From Eledone cirrhosa (taxonomy: Eukaryota): a stretch of 64,000 nucleotides of DNA. The position numbers and the translations under genes were made by a program. Positions within the stretch are counted from its first letter, which is position 1, and every line of letters starts with the position of its first letter. Positions 11,144-23,800 of this stretch are shown piece by piece. The DNA lies in the NCBI GenBank assembly GCA_964016885.1, contig OZ024743.1, forward strand, positions 122,574,001 to 122,638,000. Direction: 5' to 3'. The notes under the pieces were generated by a model. It saw only the letters and a list, made by a program, of their open reading frames with translations, made no database searches and was not told the DNA's origin.

Positions 11144-13240
11144 TTACCGTACTTTTGGTAGAGGAGGGATGGTTTTTACATCCCTTTTCACTTGATCGTC
11201 TGGTGAAGGGACCGTTGAATCGTCCCTTCGGCTGGTCGTCGGCTCTTCTAAGAGAATGTCTGAATATACTCTTCGATTAATGGTTCCTCCTAGGTCCCTG
11301 AAATCACCAACTGCGTTGGGGAATTTCGTTTTAATGTTTGTGTATTGTTTCTGTGCTATTTTTAGCAGTCTTATGTTAGTTGGCGTTTTGATTGGTGCTG
11401 GTATTATGTAGTCCTGTTGTGAAATGTCTGTGTGTTCAATTATGTAAGTCATTAGTTTCTTGTTGTGTGTGTTTATTGCCGTGCATTTGTTTTTCTGGGG
11501 GTGGGGTGTGGTTCTGCTATTTTCTTGTCGTTGTTGCTGGGTGTGTGTGTTTTGTTGTTGTGTTTGCGATGTTGGTGCTTGTGGTGGTGGTGTTGAAGGT
11601 GTTGTTGGCGGTGGGGTTGTTGCCGGTGGTGATGGTGGTGCTGGTGTGGGTGGTGATGGTGTTGGTGGTGTTGCTGCTGTGGGTCTCTTTGCAGTAGACT
11701 TTACCCTTTTCTCATTTCTTTCCTCCCTTTTCAAAGGCGACGATGCGCTGCTTCTGCGTTTGTGCCTTCTTGAGACCTTTTGCCATCCCTCTCCCACCTC
11801 ACACTCCATGTCTGATTCTGTAAGGTCGGGGAGGGGTACCAGCTCCACTCTTTCACTTGTTGTTGTTGGTGATGTTTGCACTGGAGTCTCTGTTGCAGCT
11901 GCATTTGGTATTGCTGTTGTTGTTGTTAATATTTCCACTGCTGCTGCTGTCTTTGATTTCCGTGGAGTGGGTATGGGTGCCACGGACCTATCATTCCTGG
12001 TTGCCGCTTGTCCTGTTGCTGGTAGCCGTGGAACCGGATTCGGGAGGAGGGGGGTTTTCTCCTTTCTCATGGTCTTCTCGTTGCAGAAGGCCCTGAGGTG
12101 AGTCTTCGATCCACAGCGAAAGCATTTCGGGCGTTTGCCCTCAACACTTATGGGCAGTTGAGTGCCGTTATCGAAGTCTATCACATCCGGGATAGCTTCG
12201 ATGCACTCCTGGTTGGTTTGGATTAGCATCTCAATGGAGGAGCCGACCCAATCTTCTCTTACTTTTTTCTGTACTTGCAGTACAGTTGTTTTGTCCTCGA
12301 TTCCGACGAGGACAGACGCGGCCAGCCAAGAAGGGGTCATTCCGGGGGGGACATGGGTCAGTTTGACCCTCACAATTTTTTGCCCACAGTAGGAGGGCAC
12401 CAACACCATTTCCTCGCTCCTTAGGGTCACTACTGATTGGGCCTTTGCCTCCTGGGGTGTGGCAAAAAGTACGTCTACGGTGGCATATTTTTTGCCTCGG
12501 GTGATGTGCGTTTTCCGCTGCCACACAGACCCCAAGGCTTTTTGTATTTGGGCCTCTGTGGCTCTTTCCACCCTACGGGATTTTGTACTTACTGTACGGT
12601 ACGTGACCGTACAGTGCTCTTGGGTTTCGAAAAAATTTTTCGCTGCCTTGCAGATTGCTCGGTGTCCATTCTTTGTCACCATCTTCTTCGCTTCCTCTAA
12701 TTCCTCATTTGTTATGAGGATTGTTTCCAAATTTTTCGCAATACCTGCAAATGAGATTGGTTTTTCTCTGCTGTTGTTGTTGTCGTCAGAGCTGCTGGTA
12801 CTTTTGTTGTTGCTGCAGGTACTACGACTACTGCCTCCGCCGCTGTTGCTGTGGTTGTTGTTGGTGTTGCTGCTGCTAATGCTGTTGTTGTTTATGCTGC
12901 TGGTGATGCTGTTGCGGCTGCTACTGTTGTTTTCATTGTCACTGTTGCTGTTGTTATTACGGCTGCTACTGCTATTATTCCTGACGTCAGACGAATGAAC
13001 TGGGTTTTCGTATTTCCCGCACACCTGTTTCGTCGCTGTCGTCGTCGTCGTGGAGAAACCTTGCACGCTTTGCACGAGACTTTTCTTTTCTTTCGTCACT
13101 TGCGAAAGAGAAGGGAGGGAGAGAGACACATTTAAAGAAGGGAGGGAGAGAGACAATCTTCTCTCTGCTGTAGTGATGATTGAGGAAGAAGAAGACGGAA
13201 TGAGTGGGAGTGACGTATGAAATTTCTTTTTCGTAGCCAT
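11144..13240 (-). CDS. ORF1 (gag-like nucleic-acid-binding protein, 698 aa), type A
   Basis: Single CCHC knuckle CFRCGSKTHLRAFC, SFA motif after an S/N-rich tract, P/T-rich linker; lies upstream of ORF2. Confidence 0.9.
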   Translation of the reverse strand: MATKKKFHTSLPLIPSSSSSIITTAERRLSLSLPSLNVSLSLPSLSQVTKEKKSLVQSVQGFSTTTTTATKQVCGKYENPVHSSDVRNNSSSSRNNNSNSDNENNSSSRNSITSSINNNSISSSNTNNNHSNSGGGSSRSTCSNNKSTSSSDDNNNSREKPISFAGIAKNLETILITNEELEEAKKMVTKNGHRAICKAAKNFFETQEHCTVTYRTVSTKSRRVERATEAQIQKALGSVWQRKTHITRGKKYATVDVLFATPQEAKAQSVVTLRSEEMVLVPSYCGQKIVRVKLTHVPPGMTPSWLAASVLVGIEDKTTVLQVQKKVREDWVGSSIEMLIQTNQECIEAIPDVIDFDNGTQLPISVEGKRPKCFRCGSKTHLRAFCNEKTMRKEKTPLLPNPVPRLPATGQAATRNDRSVAPIPTPRKSKTAAAVEILTTTTAIPNAAATETPVQTSPTTTSERVELVPLPDLTESDMECEVGEGWQKVSRRHKRRSSASSPLKREERNEKRVKSTAKRPTAATPPTPSPPTPAPPSPPATTPPPTTPSTPPPQAPTSQTQQQNTHTQQQRQENSRTTPHPQKNKCTAINTHNKKLMTYIIEHTDISQQDYIIPAPIKTPTNIRLLKIAQKQYTNIKTKFPNAVGDFRDLGGTINRRVYSDILLEEPTTSRRDDSTVPSPDDQVKRDVKTIPPLPKVR

Positions 13241-13477
13241 GTTGTTTTTTGTTTAAAATGAATATTGGGTACAAAACCCCAATAACTGGTTATTTAACCC
13301 CGAAGGGCCAAATAACGGACAGAAAGACCCCTCTCACGAGGAGGAGGGTGTCTTTATCAACAATTTGGTTCAAGTTTTAAACAATTTACAATTGTTTTAA
13401 CGGTCAAAAATTACTATACCTTACAGAGCCGAGCCTCCGTCAACCATGGCATTCAATAATAATAATAATAATAATGA

Positions 13478-14485
13478 TCAGAAGTCCCATTTACTGCTGA
13501 AATGGAAAACACAGAAAAAGCAAAGCAGGTAAAAGTAACTGCAAAGAAAGAACTGCTACAGAAACTGGCTAAGAAATGGCAAGAAAAGCCTCTGTATGGA
13601 AAATACCCAGAGCGAGCTAACAATCCTGATGTTGACAAAACTTTAACCCATCAGTGGTTGGCATCCTCTGGACTGAAATCGGAGACTGAAGGACTGATTA
13701 TATCAGCACAAGATCAGTGTCTGCCAACAAAAAATTACCAAGCCAACATAATAAAAAATGGATGCAGCCCATTCTGCCGTGTATGCAAAAAACAACCAGA
13801 GACCATTGACCATATAATTTCAATGTGCAGTCCTATAGCTCCAACCAAATACCTAAACAGGCATGACAGAGCTGCACAATACATACATTGGATAATGTGT
13901 AAGCATTTTGACCTGCCCCATCAAAAGAATTGGTGGGAGCATCAACCACCTCCCATACTTGAAAAAGATCACATCTCAATCTTGTAGAACTTTAGCATCC
14001 AAACAGACCGAAAAATAGATGCAAATAGACCTGATATAATACTGAAGGACTTTAAAAAGAGGGTATGCCTGCTAATTGATATGTCTGTTCCAATAGACAA
14101 GAATGTATCTATAAAAACATTTGAAAAATTGAGCAAGTATAAGGACCTGGAGATAGAAATTGGAAAAATGTGGAAATTGAGAACTAAAACAATACCAGTG
14201 GTTGTAGGCGCTCTAGGAATGATACCTAAGGGGTCTAATGATTACTTATCGCAAATCCCAGGAAACCCGCGTATAGGAGAAATACAAAAGATAGTACTAA
14301 TGGGAACTGCCCATATACTAAGGAAGATTCTGTCAATATAAGTACATCACAAGTCTAAACACTAAAGATGCATGTGTGAGTATGTATGTTCTTTCTTGAA
14401 CATGGCGGACCTTGTTGTTTCTTGAGGTCACTGGTTGTGACTTGGTGATAACTCGTATGAACATAAAGCAAGATAAATGCAACTG

Positions 14486-14516
<31 letters not shown>
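13478..14516 (+). mobile_element. R4/Dong-like family A copy 2, heavily 5'-truncated, with TAA tail
   Basis: Near-identical to 4000-5007; TGG>TAG stop at about 13985 splits ORFs 13502-13987 and 14081-14341. Confidence 0.93.
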
Positions 14517-14519
<3 letters not shown>

Positions 14520-17500
14520 TTCTTTATTAACCACAAGGGTTTACATAAAGTAGACATTAAGGACAGTGCAGGATAATACAGTACGGTACAAATGGGCATT
14601 TCTGCGTGTTAAAAAACAGGATGTAATAAAAAATAACAATGAAAAATTCCCCAATAAGGGGGAGACTTCAGAGGGACATTTGTGGAGAAAGCCCATTAAA
14701 AGCCCACAGTGACCCTGACCACCAGGACAAGTGCCCTCTCCCAGTTTTCCACTTTTAATTTACAGACAGATACTCAGAGTAGGCCCATTCACTCGGGTCA
14801 TACTTGCTTCTCTCACCCATCTTTCAACAAAATGCTGGGAAGAGAGCACTTCCCTCTCTACCCTGATTTTCCTTTTCAAATGAAATTTGAAAAAGTTAAT
14901 CAGGGCATCACCGAAGAGGTAAGTGCTCGTCTTCAGCCCTTTGAAACGTGTCCACCATACTATCTCTTTCGCCATGGCCACCAGCCAGATAAAAAGTGCC
15001 TGCCCTTCCCGGCTAAAGGAAGAGGGCGGGGCAATCCTCACGATGGACTCAGCTGATAGCTGGATCCGTCCTACACGTTTCAGCAGGTGTTCGACATAAA
15101 CCCACAAGTCAGCAATTCTCGGACACTGGACGAGTGCGTGCAGGACGATTTCGTCGCCCTGCGCGCATCTCGGACATGCCCGGCTGACGGCACCGCCATG
15201 CCTGTAGAGTTTATCCCGAACTGGCAAAGCTCGGTAGCACTGCCAGGCCAGGGATTTCTGGGAGTTGTCCATAGGCCCTGGCCCGAAAGTTCTTCCGAAG
15301 AGATTGGCTAGTTGATTTTCGTCGACGCCTAGAGTTTCTCCAAGTACGTCGTCGCTCTTCCTCTCCACTAATCCTCTATAGAACGCCGAGGTGGAGTTTC
15401 CACCGATCACATTGCCCGATTGGTCGAGGGCTGTGAGCGCCTGAAGACATTCCAGTCTCCAGGCGCTCCCTCTCGGTCTTCGCTTGACCCAGGACTGCAG
15501 CTCCGTCAAGGAAACGAGCTGGGGAAATACGTGTCTAGCAAATGGCCACTACACCTGATCACCGTCGAGGAAGAGGTGGAGATGTCGTAGCCTGATCGCG
15601 TGTCTGCGCATCATCAGCCACGGCATTCCCAGCCATCCACGTAGTGGGTGTTGACAGCAGATGGACCGCCTGACTATCGGGGCGCGTCCCTTCCACAAAA
15701 AGCGAAAGAGCAAACGCTCCAGCGCAGTCAGGCGGGGCTTAGGACAAGGTACGACGGTCAGGCGGTAGCAGATGACAGGCGCGATGTACGCGTTAGCCAC
15801 CTCCGCTCGACCTTTCAGTGATAGCTTCCTCTCCGCCCATTTCTGGGTGAGAGAAGCCACCCTGCTCGTCACCTCGTCCCAGTTTTTGTCCGTCTGGAGG
15901 TCCGGACCGAACCAGACCCCTAGCAATTTAACCGGTCCGTCCGTCCAGCGTCCGACGACGCTGTTGGACGGCATGGACCTGCCACTCCAGGTGCCGAGAT
16001 GCAGGCCCACTGACTTTTCCTGGTTGATCATTGCTCCTGTCACCGCTTCGTATTCTCTTATTGTAGTGCCGATCGCCTCGATGTGTTTGGCGTTCGACAC
16101 CACTACGGTGACATCGTCCGCATATGCTGACACGGATCTTCCGCATCCTAGTTCGCGCGGGACATCCCTCAACGTCTCCAGTTTGTGCAGTAATGGCTCG
16201 AGAGTCAATACGTACAAGAGGGATGAGAGGGGACATCCTTGGCGGACCGAGCGCATTATGTTGAACGGTTCCGAAAGGTGACCGTTCACTCTCACCATAG
16301 AGCAGATGTCGCTGTGCATGGCAGCGATCCAGCCTCTGAAGACGGGCCCAAAGCCAGCCGCCCTCAGGACTGCCGCTAGGTAACGATGGTCGACCCTATC
16401 GAAAGCTTTCGATTGATCTAAATTTATCAAGGACCCACCCGTGCCAGGTTCCCTAGCTACCCTCTCTACGATGTATCGCATGAGGTGGAGGTTGTCGTGG
16501 ATGGATCTGTCGGGAATGGCGCATGTCTGCGCCTCTCCCACCAGACCACCAACGACAAGCGCCAACCTTTTTGCTAGGATCTTGGCCAAAATCTTGAACT
16601 CTGTGTTTAGCAGAGTTATGGGCCTGAAATTATCTATGTTATCCCCCTTGTTCGGATCCTTTCTCAGCAGTGTCACCGCTCCTCGGCTCACAGAGCTGGG
16701 AATTCTCCCGTTCTGTTGCCAGTTGCAGTAGACGTCCGCCAAGAGGCCTCCGAAAAAGTCTGGCATCTGTACGCAAAGTTCATAGGACAGACCATCCAAA
16801 CCAGGCGATTTACCCCTTGTGCAGCCAGTCATTGCCTCCCGTACTTCAGCGGCTGTTATCGGATTTTCGCAACACTCCGCCTCAGTGGCCGAGAGCCGCG
16901 GCAGTCCGTCGAGGTAGACACTAAAGTCCATCCCTCGACCCGGCCCACCGCTGCCCCCCAACAGCTAAGCGAAGTGTCGCTGAAAAGCTTCACACATTTG
17001 CCCGGGATCGAGTAGCATGCGCCCGTCGTGGTCCACCAAAGACCTGATCGTGGCTTTGTTGCCACGACGCGCCTCCGCCACTCGGGCCCATTGAACGGCT
17101 TTCGTCCCCTCGTGTCTGAGAGCACGCACCCTAGCTCTGACAACGCAGCCTTCTTGCTTTGCATTGAAGAATTGGTCAAGGGCCAATTTCTCTGCAAGTA
17201 CATCGGTCGCGATGCCTTTGCTAAGCGCCTCGTCTAATTTTCTAACTAGTTCTCCCTCTGCTCTATTTTTCTCAATTGCTAAAGCCTTACTAAACCTAAT
17301 GGATTCTATTCTAATCGCTCTTTTCAGAGAAAACCACCACTGGTTGACGATGGCTCCCGTCAACGCCCGCTCAACTAGTTCGCTAATCCGGGCTCTGTAG
17401 GCCTTGCGCGCTGGTAAGGACGCGTTTAGCTTCCAGTAGCCGGATCCTCGTCTATGAAGGCTATCTAAGTCAAGCACACAGATCACGAATTTGTGGTCCG

Positions 17501-19402
17501 TGTAGCTGACTATCTTGAATTGTGGACAGCCTATGCTAGACCTATCTATTTCCCTACAAAATACTCTATCTAGATATGATCTGGATGACCCTATGCCATT
17601 TGTCCAAGTCCACATTGGCACATTCGGGAAATCCAATTTTACCTGTCAGACAGTTCAAAACGTCTGAGCAGGTTGGTGAGGCTTTTGCACCCTCCACCCC
17701 TATCCGCTAATCCCACACAGTCCCAGCGTGCATCTAAGATCCCGTTCCAGTCACCCACTAACACTAAAGAGCGGGACGTTCCAAGAAAGGTCTCCAGACG
17801 CCGGAAGAAATCAGGCCGCCATGCTCCTGTCGGGGCATAGACGGCCACTAGGCTGAAAGCTTGCTCGTATCCGCTGGTCACGTCCAGCACCACCAACTTA
17901 CCCTCTGTGTCCAGGAAGATGGTCGGTATGGCGAGATCCAAACCTCTCCGAAAAAGCACAGCAACTCCAACCCCCGATCCAGGACGGCTGGGAGATGCGT
18001 ACACATCGTAGCCGCCGAAGATCGGTGCGAAGGCCCGTGCTTCGGAGATTCTGGTCTCGCTGATGGCCACTACATCTATGTTTAGTGACCTGAGGTCGTT
18101 GAGCAGGTGACCCTGCTTCGATGACGACCCCAAGCCACGCGCATTTATACTGCCTATTCTGAGGCAGGTCATGTTTAAAATAGAGTGGAAAAGATGGGAA
18201 TGACCACTTACCGTACTTTTCGTAGAGGAAGGATGGTTTCTCCATCCCTTATCACTTGATCGTCTGGTGAAGGGACCGTTGAACCGTCCCTTCGGCTGGT
18301 CGTCGGCTCTTCTATGAGTATGTCTGAATATACTCTCCGGTTGAGAGTCCCTCCTAGGTCTCTGAAATCACCAACTGCGTTGGGGAATTTCGTTTTAATG
18401 TTTGTGTATTGTTTCTGTGCTATTTTTAGCAGTCTTATGTTCGTTGGCGTTTTGATTGGTGCTGGTATTATGTAGTCGTGCTGTGAAATGTCTGTGTGTT
18501 CAATTATGTAAGTCATTAGTTTCTTGTTGTGTGTATTTATTGCCGTGCATTTGTTTTTTCTGGGGGTGGGGTGTGGTTCTGCTATTTTCTTGTCGTTGTT
18601 GCTGGATGTGTGTGTTTTGTTGTTGTGTTTGCGATGTTGGTACTTGTGGTGGTGGTGTTGAAGGTGTTGTTGTTGTTGGCGGTGGGGTTGTCGCCGGTGG
18701 TGATGGTGGTGCTAGTGTGGGTGGTGCTGGTGTTGGTGGTGTTGCTGCTGTGAGTCTCTTTGCAGTAGCCTTTACCCTTTTTTCATTTCTTTCCTCCCTT
18801 TTCGAAGGCGACGATGCGCTGCTTCTGCGTTTGTGCCTTCTTACGACCTTTTGCCATCCCTCTCCCACCTCACACTCCATTCTGATTCTGTGAGGTCGGG
18901 TCGGGGTACCAGCTCCACTCTTTCACTTGTTGTTGTTGGTGATATTTGCAGTGGAGTCTCTGTTGGAGCTGCAGTTGGTATTACTGTTGTTGTTAATACT
19001 TCCACTGCTGCTGCTGTTCTTGATTTCCGTGGCGTGGGTATGGGTGCCACGGACCTATCGTTCCTGGTTGCCGCTTGTCCTGTCGCTGGTAGCAGTGGAG
19101 CCGGTTTCGGAAGGAGGGGGGGGGGGGGTTGTCCTTTCTCAGGGTCTTCTCGTTGCAGAAGGCCCTGAGGTGAGTCTTCGATCCACAGCGAAAGCATTTC
19201 GGGCGTTTGCCCTCAACACTTATGGGCAGTTGAGCGCCGTTATCGAAGTCTATCACATCCGGGATAGCTTCGATGCCCTCCTGGTTGGTTTGGATTAACA
19301 TCTCAATGGAGGTGCCGACCCAATCTTCTCTTACTTTTTTCTGTACTTGCAGTACATTTGTTTTGTCCTCGATTCCGACGCGGCCAGCCAAGAAGGGGCC
19401 AT

Positions 19403-19437
<35 letters not shown>

Positions 19438-20585
19438 CGCGGGTCAGTTTGACCCGCACAATTTTTGCCCGCAGTAGGAGGGCACCAACACCATTTCCTC
19501 GCTCCTTAGGGTCACTAAGGATTGAGCCTTTGCCTCCTGGGGTGTGGCAAAAAGCACGTCTACGGTAGCATATTTCTTGCCTCGGGTGATGTGCGTTTTC
19601 CGCTGCCACACAGACCCTAAGGATTTTTGTATTTGAGCCTCTGTGGCTCTTTCAACCCTACGGGATTTTGTGCTTACTGTACGGTACGTGACCGTACAGT
19701 GCTGTTGGGTTTCGAAATATTTTTCGGCTGCCTTGCAGATTGCTCGGTGTCCGGTTTTCGTCACCATATTCTTCGCTTCCTCTAATTCCTCATTTGTTAT
19801 GAGGATGGTTTCCAGGTTCTTTGCGATACCTGCAAACGAGATTGGTTTTTCTTTGCTGCTGTTGTTGTTGTTGTTGTCGTCAGAGCTGCTGTTACTTTTG
19901 TTGTTGTTGCTGCAGGTATTACGACTACTGCCGCCGCCGCTGTTGCTGTGGTTGTTGTTGTTGTTGTTGCTGCTGCTGCTGTTGTTGTTGCTGTTGCTGC
20001 TAATGCTGTTGTTGTTTATGCTGCTGCTGATGCTGTTGCGGCTGCTACTGTTGTTTTCCTTGTCACTGTTGCTGCTGCTGCTGTTATTACGGCTGCTACT
20101 GCTATTATTTATGACGTCAGACGAATGAAATGGGTTTTCGTATTTCCCGCACACCTTTTTCGTTGCTGTCGTCGTCGTCGTGGAGAAATGTTGCACGCTT
20201 TCTACGTGATTTTTCTTTACTGGCGTCGCTTGCGAAAGAGAAGGGAGGGAGAGAGACACATTTAGAGAAGGGAGGGAGAGAGACAATCTTCTCTCTGCTG
20301 TAGTGACGATTGAGGAAGAAGAAGACGGAATGAGTGGGAGTGATCTATGAAAATTCTTTTTCGTAGCCATGTTTTTTTTTTGTTTAAAATAAATATTGGG
20401 CACAAAACCCCAATAAGCGGTTATTTAACCCCGAAGGGCCAAATAACGGGCAGAAAGACCCCTCTCATGAGGAGGAGGGTGTTTTTGTCTACAATTTGGT
20501 TAAAGTTTTAAACAATTTACAATTGTTATAGCGGTCATAATTTACAATACCTTACAGAGCCGAGCCTCCGTCAACAATAGCATTC
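14517..20585 (-). mobile_element. Full-length but inactivated Tx1-like LINE subfamily A copy 2
   Basis: Colinear with 7427-13454; ORF1 and ORF2 broken into fragments by stops and frameshifts; (AAT)n on both sides. Confidence 0.94.
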
Positions 20586-20852
20586 AATGATAATAATAAT
20601 AATAATAATGCTTTCTTTATTAACCACATGGGTTTACATAAAGTAGACATTAAGGACAGTACAGGACAATACAGGACGGTACAAATGGGCATTTCTGCGT
20701 GTTAAAAAACAGGATGTAATAAAAAATAACAATGAAAAATTCCCCAATAGGGGGGAGACTTCAGAGGGACATTTGTGGAGAAAGCCCATTAAAAGCCCAC
20801 AGTGACCCTGACCACCAGGACAAGTGCCCTCTCCCAGTTTTCCACTTTTAAT

Positions 20853-23800
20853 TTACAGACAGATACTCAGAGTAGGCCCATTCACTCGGGCCATACTTGC
20901 TTCTCTCACCCATCTTTCAACAAAATGCTGGGAAGAGAGCACTTCCCTCTCTACCTTGATTTTCCTTTTCAAATGAAATTTGAAAAAGTTAATCAGGGCA
21001 TCACCGAAGAGGTAAGTGCTCGTCTTCAGCCCTTTCAAACGTGTCCACCATACTATCTCTTTCGCCATGGCCACCAGACAGATAAAAACTGCCTGCCCTT
21101 CCAGGCTAAAGGAAGGGGGCGGGGCAATCCTCACGATGGACTCAGCTGATAGCTGGATCCGTCCTACACGTGACAGCAGGTGTTCGACATAAACCCACAA
21201 GTCAGCAATGCTCGGACACTGGACGAGTGCGTGCAGGACGGTTTCGTCGCCCTGCGCGCATCTCGGACATGCCCGGTTGACGGCACCTCCATGCCTGTAG
21301 AGTTTATCCCGAACTGGCAAAGCTCCTCGGTAGCACTGCCAGGCCAGGGATTTCTGGAAGTTGTCCATAGGCCCCGGCCCGAAAGTCCTTCCGAAGAGAT
21401 TGGCTAGTTGATTTTCGTCGACGCCTAGAGTTTCTCCAAGTACGTCGTCGCTCTTCCCCTCCACTAATCCCCTATAGAACGCCAAGGTGGAGTTTCCACC
21501 GATCACATTGCCCGATTGGTCGAGGGCTGTGAGCGCCTGAAGACATTCCAGTCTCCAAGCGCTCCCTCTCGGTCTTCGCTTGACCCAGGACTGCAGCTCC
21601 GTCAAGGAGACGAGCTGGGGAAAAACGTGTCTTGCAAACGGCGACCACACCTGATCACCGTCGAGGAAGAGGTGGAGATGTCGTAGCCTGAGCGCGTGTC
21701 TGCGCATCATCAGCCACGGCATGCCCAGCCCTCCACGTAGCGGGTGTTGACAGCAGATGGACCGCCTGACCATCGGAGCGCGTCCCTTCCACAAGAAGCG
21801 AAAGAGCAAACGCTCCAGCGCAGTCAGGCGGGGCTTAGGACAAGGTACGACGGTCAGGCGGTAGTAGATGACGGATGCGATGTACGCATTCGCCACCTCC
21901 GCTCGACCTTTGAGGGATAGCTTCCTCTCGGCCCATTTCTGGGTGAGAGAAGCCACCCTGCTCGTCACCTCGTCCCAGTTTTTGTCCGTCTGGAGGTCCG
22001 GACCGAACCAGACCCCTAGCAATTTAACCGGTCCGTCCGTCCAGCGCCCGACGACGCTGTTGGACGGCATGGACCTGCCTCTCCAGGTGCCGAGCTGCAG
22101 GCCCACTGACTTTTCCTGGTTGATCATTGCTCCTGTCACCGCTTCGTATTCTCTTAGTGTAGTGCCGATCGCCTCGATGTGTTTGGCGTTCGACACCACT
22201 ACGGTGACATCGTCGGCATATGCTGACACGGATCTTCCGCATCCTAGTTCACGCGGGACCACCCTCAACGTCTCCAGTTTGTGCAGTAATGGCTCGAGAG
22301 TCAATACGTACAATAGGGACGAGAGGGGACATCCTTGGCGGACCGAGCGCATGATGTTGAACGGTTCCGAAAGGTGACCGTTCACTCTCACTACAGAGCA
22401 GATGTCGCTGTGCATGGCAGCGATCCAGCCTCTGAAGACGGGCCCAAAGCCAGCCGCCCTCAGGACTGCCGTTAGGTAACGATGGTCGACCCTATCGAAG
22501 GCTTTCGACTGATCTAAATTGATCAAAGACCCACCAGTGCCAGGTTCCCTAGCTACCCTCTCTACGATGTATCGCATGAGGTGGAGGTTGTCGTGGATGG
22601 ATCTGTCGGGAATGGCGCATGTCTGTGCCTCTCCCACCAGACCACCAACGACAAGCGCCAACCTCTTTGCTAGCACCTTGGCCAAAATCTTGAACTCTGT
22701 GTTTAGCAGAGTTATGGGCCTAAAATTATCTATGTTATCCCCCTTGTTCGGATCCTTTCTCAGCAGCGCCACCGCTCCTCGGCTCACAGAGCTGGGAATT
22801 CTCCCGTTCTGTTGCCAGTTGCAGTAGACGTCCGCCAAGAGGCCTCCGAACAAGTTTGGCATTTGTACGTAAAGTTCATAGGGCAGACCATCCAAACCAG
22901 GCGATTTACCCCTTGTGCAACTAGTCATTGCATCCCGTACTTCAGCGGTTGTTATCGGCTTTTCGCAACACTCCGCCTCAGTGGCCGAAAGCCGCGGCAG
23001 TCCGTCGAGGTAGACACTAAAGTCCATCCCTCGATCCGGCCCGCCACTGCCCCCGAACAGTTGAGCGAAGTGTCGCTGAAAAGCTTCACACATTTGCCCG
23101 GGATCGAGTAGCATGCGCCCGTCGTGGTCCACCAAAGACCGGATCATGGCTTTGTTGCCACGACGCGCCTCCGCCACTCGGGCCCATTGAACGGCTTTCG
23201 TCCCCTCGTGTCTGAGAGCACGCACCCTAGCTCTGACAACGCAGCCTTCGTGCTTTGCATTGAAGAATTGGTCAAGGGCCAATTTCGCCGTAAGTACGTC
23301 GGTCGCGATGCCTTTGCTAAGCGCCTCATCTAATTTTCTAACTAATTCTCCCTCTGCTCTATTTTTCTCTATTGCTAAAGTCTTACTAAACCTAATGGAC
23401 TCTATTCTAATTGCTCTTTTCAGAGCAAACCACCACTTGTTGTTGACGATGGCCCCCGTCAACGCCCGCTTAACTAGTTCGCTAATCCGGTGTCTGTAGG
23501 CCTTGCGCGCTGGTAAGGACGCGTTTAGCTTCCAGTAGCCGGGTCCTCGTCTATGAAGCCTATCTAAGTCAAGCACACAGATCACGAATTTGTGGTCCGT
23601 GTAGCTGACTATCTTGAATTGTGGACAGCCTATGCTAGACCTATCTATTTCCCTACAAAATACTCTATCTAGATATGATCTGGATGACCCTATGCGATTT
23701 GTCCAAGTCCACATTGGTACATTCGGGAAATCCATTCGGTACCTGTCAGACAGTTCAAAACGTCTGAGCAGGTTGGTGAGACTCTTGCACCCTCCTTCCC

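Larger units (their letters stand above)
7427..13454 (-). mobile_element. Full-length, apparently intact Tx1/L1-clade LINE (subfamily A) inserted in (AAT)n
   Basis: Two open ORFs, about 210-bp 5'UTR, 3'UTR ending AATAAAGAAATC then (ATT)n; (AAT)n on both sides (7385-7426, 13455-13475). Confidence 0.95.
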
